From Minisyncoccota bacterium (lineage in GTDB: Bacteria; Patescibacteriota; Minisyncoccia; Phycocordibacterales; XYD1-FULL-46-19), in NCBI GenBank assembly GCA_041649495.1, contig JBAZMZ010000001.1:623-64622 (forward strand): a stretch of 64,000 bases of DNA, in the 5' to 3' direction. This document shows, in pieces, positions 57,226 to 64,000 of the stretch (its first letter is position 1; each line of letters starts with the position of its first letter). The notes beneath the pieces were generated by a model. It saw nothing but the letters and a program-made list of their open reading frames with translations. It ran no database searches and was not told where the DNA came from. The position numbers and the translations under genes were made by a program.

Positions 57226-57462
57226 ATGCCGAAATTACCAGTAATTAAAGTCCGAGAGCTGGTAAAAATTTTAGATAGGCTTGGTTTTTTGAAACATCAT
57301 TGTATCGGTAGTCATGCTCAATTCAAACGTATCGATGGTTATCGAATTACAATTCCAATCCATCACGGCAAGGATTTTGACAAGGGAATCTTGAGAGGAA
57401 TAATTGGTGACCTTAATTTAACCGTTGACGAGTTTATTGTTCTCTTAAAAAAGAAAAAATAA
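57226..57462 (+). CDS. hicA: HicA-family toxin (YcfA-like mRNA interferase)
   Basis: MPKLPVIKVRELVKILDRLGF...GSHAQFKRIDGYRITIPIHHGKDFDKGILRGII. Confidence 0.75.
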   Translation: MPKLPVIKVRELVKILDRLGFLKHHCIGSHAQFKRIDGYRITIPIHHGKDFDKGILRGIIGDLNLTVDEFIVLLKKKK

Positions 57463-57483
57463 TTATTATTAATTTTTAATTTA

Positions 57484-57663
57484 ATGATGAAAAAATATAT
57501 AATTATTGCTGTTGTTGTCGTTATTGTAATAATAACCCTAAGTTTTTACAGGATGACAGGGCACTGTCTTTCTGGTTACGATATCGCCGGGGGTTGTGAA
57601 AAAGAGACTTCTGGAATTACGTGTTTTGATGATGTTTTGACAAAGTGTCGTTTTGGGTTTTAA
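57484..57663 (+). CDS. 59-aa Cys-containing small protein with an MMKKYIII signal anchor; third member of the MKKY paralog set
   Basis: Shares its N-terminus with the 55192 and 56167 genes; not in the ORF track because it is under 60 aa. Confidence 0.4.
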   Translation: MMKKYIIIAVVVVIVIITLSFYRMTGHCLSGYDIAGGCEKETSGITCFDDVLTKCRFGF

Positions 57664-57664
57664 A

Positions 57665-60600
57665 TTATAATTCTTTCATTGCCTCAATAATTATACTCGG
57701 CTCACCGTTGCGATGAGAAATTTTCCCACGGAGGGCGACGATTTTGTCGGGGATTAAGAGCTCGCGATATTTTTCGTAGACATCAGAAAAGGCGACCGCT
57801 TCGATCGAGTCGGTGAAGTCAAACATTTTGATAAAGGCCATCTTTTTGTTATTTTTGGTGATTATTTCGCGCACGGTATCAATAACGCCGCCGGTAATGG
57901 CGGGGAAGCCTTCTTTTTGTTCGCGATGATGTTTGATGGTATTTTCGGGTTTGTCGAAGCGGTCACGATAAGGTTCAAGCGGATGGCCCGAGACATAGAG
58001 ACCCAATAATTCTTTTTCCCAGGCGAGTTTGGTTTTAGGGTCAACCGGCTCAACTTCTTTTAATCGCAAGGCCGGCGGAGTTGCTGTTTCTGGTAATAAG
58101 CCAAAGAGCGAAGTTTGGTTGGCATTATTGCCCAATTCTTGCCGATTGAAGGCGAGGGCTTCATCCACATTGCCGAGGACTTGTCCGCGTTCCACCCCCA
58201 AGCTATCAAAGGCACCAGCTTTAGCGAGGGCTTCGAGCGATTTCTTGTTCATATTTTTGTGCTTCACGCGTGAGAGAAAATCGGCATAATCTTGATATAA
58301 ACCATTTTGTTTTCGTTCTTCCACGATAAAATGAGAAATCTCTTGACCGAGATTTTTGATCGTCACCAGACCAAATCTAATCCGGTCGAGACCGTCGGTA
58401 TTCTTTTTTGATAATTTTTCAGCTGCTTCGGTTAAGCCACTTGAACCGAGGCCTTTAATCACCGTGAAGTCTTCGAAACTTTCATTAATATCAGGGGGCA
58501 AAACGGGCAAATTCATTCGGCGACACTCGGTAATAACCTCGGCAATTTTTTCGGTGTCACCCGCTTCGGCCGAGAGCACGGCCGTCATATATTCGGAGGG
58601 GTAATTGGCTTTTAAGTAACTAGTTTGGTAAGCGACTCGGCCGTAACTAGCGGCGTGGGCTTTGTTGAAGCCGTAAGCGGCAAAGGGTTCGATCAAAAGC
58701 CAGAGTTCGTGGGCCTTTTTCTCAGACAAACCGTTTTTTACTAGACCGTCAAACAATTTACCTTTTTGCGCCTCCATTTCTTTAGGAATTTTTTTACCCA
58801 TCGCTTTGCGCAATTTGTCGGCCTCAATCCACGAATAGCCGGCTAAGTGGATGGCGGTGAGCATGACATCATCTTGGTAAACCAATACGCCGAACGAGTG
58901 GTGAAGAATCGGTTCGAGTCGCGGGTCAAGATATTTAACCAGAGCGGGGTTGTGTTTGCGTTTAATATATTCGGGAATCATTTCCATTGGACCCGGACGA
59001 TACAGGGCGACCATGGCGTTAATATCGAAAATCGTGGTGGGTTGAAGCTCCTTAAGCCAACGGGTCATGCCCGCGCCACTAAGTTGGAAAAGACCAATTG
59101 TTTCGCCGCGAGCCAGCATCGCAAAAGTTTTCGTATCGTCGAGCGGGATATTGTTGATGTCAATAATCACGCCATGAACTTTTTTAATAATTTTAATGGC
59201 GTCTTCGAGGATGGAGAGATTGCGAATCCCGAGGAAATCATATTTCAGCAAGCCCGCATCCTCCACGGCGTGCATCTCGTATTGAGTAATGGTTTTGCCA
59301 CCCTTAGGGTCAAATTGAACGGGCGTGAAGTCGGTAATCTCGGTGGGGGAAATGACGACGCCAGCGGCGTGGACCGAAATATGTCGAGCGCAACCCTCGA
59401 TTTTTTTCGCCAAGTCAATAATTTTTTTGGTGTCGGCATCTTTCTTATACATTTCTTCTAATTCTGGCACCATCTCTAGCGCGTGGGTGATGGTCATCGG
59501 AAAGCCTTGTGAGCCCATCGGGATTAATTTTGAAATTTGATCGCCAATCGCGTAAGGGTAACCAAGGGCGCGAGACACATCGCGCACTGCCCCGCGGGCC
59601 ATCATTGAACCGAAAGTGCCAATTTGGGCGACATTATTCTCGCCGTATTTATGGCGAGCATACTCAATAATCTCATCGCGTCGTTTGTCGGCGTAATCCA
59701 TATCGATATCGGGCGGCGACGGTCGGTCGGCATTCAAGAACCGCTCGAAGGGCAGTTCATAATAGAGCGGGTCAACATTAGTAATGCCGATAATAAAAGA
59801 AATAAGCGAACCCGCGGCCGAGCCTCGAGTATTAGTAAAAATCCCCGTTTCGTGAGCGTGATTAATAAGGTCGGACACGACGAGAAAATAGGGCGAATAA
59901 CCTTTTTTGCTAATCACCTCGAATTCATATTCCATTCTGGTTCGAGCCAACTCGGCTCGGTCAGGATTTTGTTCAATATATTTAGCCAAACCGGCTTCAG
60001 CCATTTTTTTGAGTTCTTGATTATAATCAGAATCAGGGGGCACGGGATAACGGGGGAAGGTCCATTGGCCTAATTCAAGTGTGACATCACAGCGCTCGGC
60101 AATCTTCAAGCTATTTTCAATGGCTTCGGGGACTTGGGCAAAGTTTTTCGCCATCTCTTCACTAGAAAGAAAAGAAAAATCTTCCTCTGTATTAGTGACG
60201 CCCTTCAAATCAGACAAATCATTGCCAGTTTGGATGGCGAGCAGGGTGTGGTGAGCTTCGGCGTCGTCTCTGTTTAGATAATGTGTATCCTGGGTCGCGA
60301 CTAGGGGAATATTTAATTTTTTCCCCAATTCGATAACTTTAGCCGTAATTTCGGTTTGGTTTTCAACAAACGGGTGGTGCATTATTTCGAGATAATAATT
60401 GTCAACGCCAAAAATTTCTTGGTATTCTTTGATCACCCCCTCCGCTTTTTCGGGTTCATAAACTAAAGTTTTCGAGAGCTCTCCGCCCCGACAACCCGAG
60501 AGACAAATCAAGCCCTCGTGATATTCACGCAACAATTCTTTATCCGCCCGTGGTTTGTAATAATAGCCTTCGAGGTTGGCTTTGGTGACAATTTTAATTA

Positions 60601-60898
60601 AGTTATGATAACCCTCAAGATTTTTGGCTAAAAGGGTTAGATGGTAGCGTCGCGCATCGACATGGGGCTCCTTATTAAATCGACTGCGGGGGGCGACATA
60701 AATTTCGCAACCTAAAATCGGTTTAATTTCTTGTTTGAGGCATTCTTTATAAAATTCGATGACGCCATACATACTCCCGTGGTCAGTAATGGCCACGGCT
60801 GGCATACCGAATTCTTTGGCTTTTTTGACCAATTGGGGGATTTTGATGAGCCCGTCCAAGAGACTATAATGGGTGTGATTATGGAGATGCACGAACAT
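57665..60898 (-). CDS. dnaE: DNA polymerase III alpha subunit
   Basis: PHP domain (HLHNHTHYSLLDG), polymerase core; 1077 aa from MFVHLHNH. Confidence 0.9.
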   Translation of the reverse strand: MFVHLHNHTHYSLLDGLIKIPQLVKKAKEFGMPAVAITDHGSMYGVIEFYKECLKQEIKPILGCEIYVAPRSRFNKEPHVDARRYHLTLLAKNLEGYHNLIKIVTKANLEGYYYKPRADKELLREYHEGLICLSGCRGGELSKTLVYEPEKAEGVIKEYQEIFGVDNYYLEIMHHPFVENQTEITAKVIELGKKLNIPLVATQDTHYLNRDDAEAHHTLLAIQTGNDLSDLKGVTNTEEDFSFLSSEEMAKNFAQVPEAIENSLKIAERCDVTLELGQWTFPRYPVPPDSDYNQELKKMAEAGLAKYIEQNPDRAELARTRMEYEFEVISKKGYSPYFLVVSDLINHAHETGIFTNTRGSAAGSLISFIIGITNVDPLYYELPFERFLNADRPSPPDIDMDYADKRRDEIIEYARHKYGENNVAQIGTFGSMMARGAVRDVSRALGYPYAIGDQISKLIPMGSQGFPMTITHALEMVPELEEMYKKDADTKKIIDLAKKIEGCARHISVHAAGVVISPTEITDFTPVQFDPKGGKTITQYEMHAVEDAGLLKYDFLGIRNLSILEDAIKIIKKVHGVIIDINNIPLDDTKTFAMLARGETIGLFQLSGAGMTRWLKELQPTTIFDINAMVALYRPGPMEMIPEYIKRKHNPALVKYLDPRLEPILHHSFGVLVYQDDVMLTAIHLAGYSWIEADKLRKAMGKKIPKEMEAQKGKLFDGLVKNGLSEKKAHELWLLIEPFAAYGFNKAHAASYGRVAYQTSYLKANYPSEYMTAVLSAEAGDTEKIAEVITECRRMNLPVLPPDINESFEDFTVIKGLGSSGLTEAAEKLSKKNTDGLDRIRFGLVTIKNLGQEISHFIVEERKQNGLYQDYADFLSRVKHKNMNKKSLEALAKAGAFDSLGVERGQVLGNVDEALAFNRQELGNNANQTSLFGLLPETATPPALRLKEVEPVDPKTKLAWEKELLGLYVSGHPLEPYRDRFDKPENTIKHHREQKEGFPAITGGVIDTVREIITKNNKKMAFIKMFDFTDSIEAVAFSDVYEKYRELLIPDKIVALRGKISHRNGEPSIIIEAMKEL

Positions 60899-60918
60899 GA
60901 TAGTATGTAGTATATAGT

Positions 60919-61542
60919 ATGTCGTATGTAGGGGCAAAAAAGTGGCTAATTGGGATAGATGAAGCCGGGCGGGGGGCGTTGGCCGGGCCGGTGGCGGTGG
61001 GGTTGGTGGCGTGGGAAATTAAAAAGTGGCTGGCGATTAAAAAGTTTTTAAAAGATTATCCGGTTGGTAAAGATTCGAAAAAACTAACGCCCAAACAGCG
61101 CGATTTTTGGTTTGGGAAGATTGAGGAATTAAGTGTTAAACATCCGGTGTTTAACACTGTGACGTTGGTGAGCAATAAAATAATAGATAAAAAAGGGATA
61201 AATTTTACTATTAAGACTGGGATAAAAAAGAATTTAGAAAACTTTCAGCGACTTGGAAGTTTAACTTCCAAGTCGCTGGTGCTTCTGGATGGTGGTTTAA
61301 AAGCCCCGGCCGAGTGGGTCAATCAGCAAACGATCATTAAAGGTGACGAGAAAGAATTAATCATTTCCTTGGCTTCAATCGTGGCCAAAGTTTCAAGAGA
61401 TAGAAAAATGATCAAATTAAGTCAGAAATATCCTCATCACAGCCTTCATCAGCACAAAGGTTATGGTACCAAACTCCATTATCAAAAAATCACCGAATTT
61501 GGTGTTTTAATTATCCACCGACAAAGCTACTTGTCTAATTAA
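60919..61542 (+). CDS. rnhB: ribonuclease HII
   Basis: LIGIDEAGRGALAGPVAV active-site motif. Confidence 0.85.
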   Translation: MSYVGAKKWLIGIDEAGRGALAGPVAVGLVAWEIKKWLAIKKFLKDYPVGKDSKKLTPKQRDFWFGKIEELSVKHPVFNTVTLVSNKIIDKKGINFTIKTGIKKNLENFQRLGSLTSKSLVLLDGGLKAPAEWVNQQTIIKGDEKELIISLASIVAKVSRDRKMIKLSQKYPHHSLHQHKGYGTKLHYQKITEFGVLIIHRQSYLSN

Positions 61543-61564
61543 TTGATTAGTTGTATATTAAAAC

Positions 61565-61935
61565 TGGATTGGATAGGAGTTAATTCGGGGTCTCAATGCG
61601 CCCGGAGGGCGCGTAGGAGAAAACAAGGACGACCGCAGTAGCCTTTTTGACGGTGGTGGAACGACCTGTCAGTGAGGGAATTCGATTTCTTTTCGAACTA
61701 AGGGAGGGAGCAACAGAGGATCGCCAGAGGGAAATCCTGACAAACTCTGATGTTTTCACTAATCACGAACTCCAAGAGTTCGGAAGGAGATCGGAGTACC
61801 TGTCTGTCAAGCAGAGGGTGTCCGACCTGCTTGATGAGAGGGGATACAAACAGAAGCCGTTTGGAGAAAGGAGGGGTGTATTCGTCACCCATTCACGACC
61901 GCCGGGTGACTGACCGACAAGGTTTTTTCTAGTTT
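61565..61935 (+). ncRNA. GC-rich structured RNA-like island of unknown identity, ending in a 10-bp hairpin plus U-run
   Basis: GC above 50% against ~40% flanks; many local hairpins (GAACUC-CAA-GAGUUC, GGGUCGACGC...GCGCCGACCC followed by UUUCUUG). The only ORF starts at TTG with no Shine-Dalgarno. Confidence 0.35.
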
Positions 61936-62023
61936 TCCTATCCAGAGAATTGGGTCGACGCTGTATCCGGATGCGCCGACCCTTTCTTGATTATAATTAG
62001 CGAATAAGCTATAATAGAATTAT

Positions 62024-62248
62024 ATGGTAATCAGAATGCGACATACCCGGGCCCACACCGGGAATCGACGGTCTCATCACGCGCTTAAGGTGTCGGCTTT
62101 GGGGGTCTGTGAAAAATGTCAGGCGCCTAAGGCGGGCCATCAGCTTTGCCCTAATTGCGGGACTTATCGCGGACGCGAAGTAGTGAATGTTTTGGCTAAG
62201 GTAGAGAAAAAGGCGGCGAAGAAGAAGCGCGCCATGGCTCAAAATTAA
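62024..62248 (+). CDS. rpmF: 50S ribosomal protein L32
   Basis: RRSHHAL...CxxC...CPNCG zinc ribbon. Confidence 0.8.
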   Translation: MVIRMRHTRAHTGNRRSHHALKVSALGVCEKCQAPKAGHQLCPNCGTYRGREVVNVLAKVEKKAAKKKRAMAQN

Positions 62249-62281
62249 ATAATTTCGTTAACTTAGATTTTTTGAAAAAAT

Positions 62282-63208
62282 ATGGCTAATCGTCATTTAT
62301 GTCGGAGTTTGGCAATGCAGATCCTCTTTGAATTAGATTTTCAAGAGGGGGTTAAATCGAGCAATGATATTGAAGAAACGATTAAGCGCGTGGCTCTCGA
62401 ATTCGGTCCGGGGATCGAAGATTTGTCATTTGTTGAAGAAGTGGTGCGGGGAGTGATGACCCACCAAGAGAAGATTGATTTGATTATTGGCAAGGCCGCG
62501 CCTGATTGGCCTCTCGAACAAATTGCAGCTGTGGATCGCAATGTGCTCCGATTAGGTTTATATGAATTGATTTTTGGTGATCGGGCTGATGTGCCGGCCA
62601 AGGTGGCGATTAATGAGGCGATCGAATTGGCCAAGACCTTTGGCGGTGAATCAAGCGGGCGTTTTGTTAATGGCGTGCTCGGCACGGTTTATAAAGAATT
62701 AGGCGAACCGGGCAAAGATGAGGCGCCAGTTAAGAAGAATAAAATTGTGGATATCCCTTATGATCAAATGCCGATTGAGAAATTAGGCGGAGCGGTGGTT
62801 TACTCGCGGGGCGCTGATGGTGAAATTTCTCTCGCGATGGTGCACGACGTCTTTGGTCGCTGGACGCTCTCAAGGGGGCATATTGAAAAGGGTGAATCAG
62901 TTGTGGCTGGTGTGACTCGTGAAATTAAAGAAGAAATGGGTATCGATATCGAAGTGGGCGAGGCTTTGGGCCAGAATGAATATATCGCTTCTGATCCAGA
63001 AAAAGGAAAAACGCGTCGACAAGTTAATTATTTTTTGGGCGAAGCCTGTTTGGGAAAGGCTGGCACTCGGCCTGAGTTGTTCTTGGCGAAAAAAGGTGGA
63101 CTGGATGATGTGAAGTGGTTTCCTCTGGCTGAAGTGCCCGAGCTCAATATGTATGACGACATGGTGCCGATTATTACCAAAGCGATTAAGATTTTACTCA
63201 ATCGTTAA
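62282..63208 (+). CDS. nusB: NusB antitermination factor fused to a C-terminal NUDIX hydrolase domain
   Basis: N-terminal ~150 aa is NusB-like (RSLAMQILFELDF...AVDRNVLRLGLYEL). C-terminal has the Nudix box GHIEKGESVVAGVTREIKEEMGI. Confidence 0.75.
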   Translation: MANRHLCRSLAMQILFELDFQEGVKSSNDIEETIKRVALEFGPGIEDLSFVEEVVRGVMTHQEKIDLIIGKAAPDWPLEQIAAVDRNVLRLGLYELIFGDRADVPAKVAINEAIELAKTFGGESSGRFVNGVLGTVYKELGEPGKDEAPVKKNKIVDIPYDQMPIEKLGGAVVYSRGADGEISLAMVHDVFGRWTLSRGHIEKGESVVAGVTREIKEEMGIDIEVGEALGQNEYIASDPEKGKTRRQVNYFLGEACLGKAGTRPELFLAKKGGLDDVKWFPLAEVPELNMYDDMVPIITKAIKILLNR

Positions 63209-63251
63209 ATTTGTAGATTTGCAGGTATTTGTAGATTGGCGTCGCATTTTT

Positions 63252-63932
63252 ATGAAAGACTTTCAAAAAAAGATTAATTATCATTTCCAAAATCCCAGCT
63301 TGCTTAAGCAAGCTTTTCTTCATCGATCTTACCTCAATGAGCACAAAGATCTTAATCTGGAGCATAATGAGCGTTTAGAATTTTTGGGCGATGCGGTCTT
63401 AGAATTAGTGGTGACAGATTGGTTGTATCGAAATTATTCGGATAAACCGGAGGGGGAATTGACCGCTTATCGGGCCGCTTTGGTCAACGCTAACACTTGC
63501 GCCGATTTAGCCAGTGAGTGGGGGATGAACGAATTGTTGATGCTCTCAAAAGGGGAGGCTAAGGACACCGGTCGGGCGCGTCAAATTATTTTGGCCAATG
63601 CTTTTGAGGCGGTGGTAGGGGCGATTTATCTGGACGGTGGTTATGAGCCGGCCCGGGCTTTTATCGCGCAAACGGTTTTCCCTCAAGCCGACCAAGTGAT
63701 TAAAAAGAATTTAGTCGAAGATTATAAAAGTCATTTTCAACATCGAGCGCAAGAAGCGATGGGGATAACGCCTACCTATCAAGTTTTGTCCGAGACTGGT
63801 CCCGATCATGACAAAAAATTTACGGTTGGCCTGTATCTTGGCGATCAAAAAATTGCCGAGGGTTCGGGTCATGCCAAACAAGAAGCTGAACAATCCGCCG
63901 CTCGCGCCGGTCTGGAAGCTAAGGGTTGGTAA
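63252..63932 (+). CDS. rnc: ribonuclease III
   Basis: HRSYLNEH...ERLEFLGDAVLELVV catalytic signature and a C-terminal dsRBD. Confidence 0.85.
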   Translation: MKDFQKKINYHFQNPSLLKQAFLHRSYLNEHKDLNLEHNERLEFLGDAVLELVVTDWLYRNYSDKPEGELTAYRAALVNANTCADLASEWGMNELLMLSKGEAKDTGRARQIILANAFEAVVGAIYLDGGYEPARAFIAQTVFPQADQVIKKNLVEDYKSHFQHRAQEAMGITPTYQVLSETGPDHDKKFTVGLYLGDQKIAEGSGHAKQEAEQSAARAGLEAKGW

Positions 63933-64000
63933 TAAAATTACTAAGTATATTCTAACGACCGTTGGGAAATACTTAGTCTTATAAATAAGGTGTTTTGAGG

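Noticed and set aside
58029-60073. Several plus-strand ORFs inside dnaE (58029, 58356, 58847, 59325, 59624)
   Set aside because: Antisense to a 1077-aa DnaE with full PHP and polymerase motifs.
61647-61913. 88-aa ORF (TTG start) inside the second GC-rich island
   Set aside because: Non-ATG start without Shine-Dalgarno, hairpin-rich sequence and composition typical of structured RNA. It is treated as an ncRNA candidate instead.

Overview
This 64 kb window is AT-rich (roughly 40% GC by eye) with a few sharply GC-richer islands, and it is densely coding. It looks like a chromosomal segment of a reduced-genome bacterium, possibly CPR/Patescibacteria-like. The evidence for that is a split transketolase, short PheT, EF-Ts and PheS, many small secreted proteins and an O-antigen-ligase-like protein with TPR repeats. 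The lineage call is inference only.

Gene content in order:
- Peptidoglycan genes murD and murC at the left end, with murB further right.
- A GHL10-like putative glycoside hydrolase and a HerA/DUF87-like P-loop ATPase.
- A roughly 15 kb minus-strand glycan-modification cluster (about 6.2-21.0 kb): four GT2 glycosyltransferases, a GT11 fucosyltransferase, six SAM methyltransferases, a B12-binding radical SAM enzyme and a Wzx flippase. It is followed by a plus-strand O-antigen-ligase/TPR membrane protein.
- secA, then a 781-aa acidic tandem-repeat surface protein and a GC-rich lipoprotein with PASTA domains.
- gatB, followed by a GC-rich promoter-to-terminator RNA island that is a candidate RNase P RNA.
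- A glycolysis/pentose-phosphate block: gap, rpiB, rpe, tkt N-terminal and C-terminal subunits, a PfkB kinase and fba.
- Translation and housekeeping genes: rplY, rpmE, prfA, rpsB, tsf, tRNA-Thr(UGU), pheS, pheT, gyrB, thrS.
- A small toxin-antitoxin and secreted-protein islet (MazF-like toxin, Cys-rich MKKY-signal proteins, hicBA) lying next to the dnaE 3' end.
- dnaE, rnhB, a second GC-rich ncRNA-like island, rpmF, a NusB-NUDIX fusion and rnc.

The most unusual signal is two families of short conserved repeats inserted in frame into essential genes (murD, murC, gatB, rpe, pheT, the HerA-like ATPase). One family is a perfect palindrome, reminiscent of Rickettsia palindromic elements. Other notable signals are a roughly 105-130 bp decayed copy of the dnaE 3' tail forming direct repeats around a 730 bp hicBA cassette, the GC-rich islands, and a glycan cluster unusually rich in methyltransferases.

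No CRISPR array, rRNA or transposase was seen.
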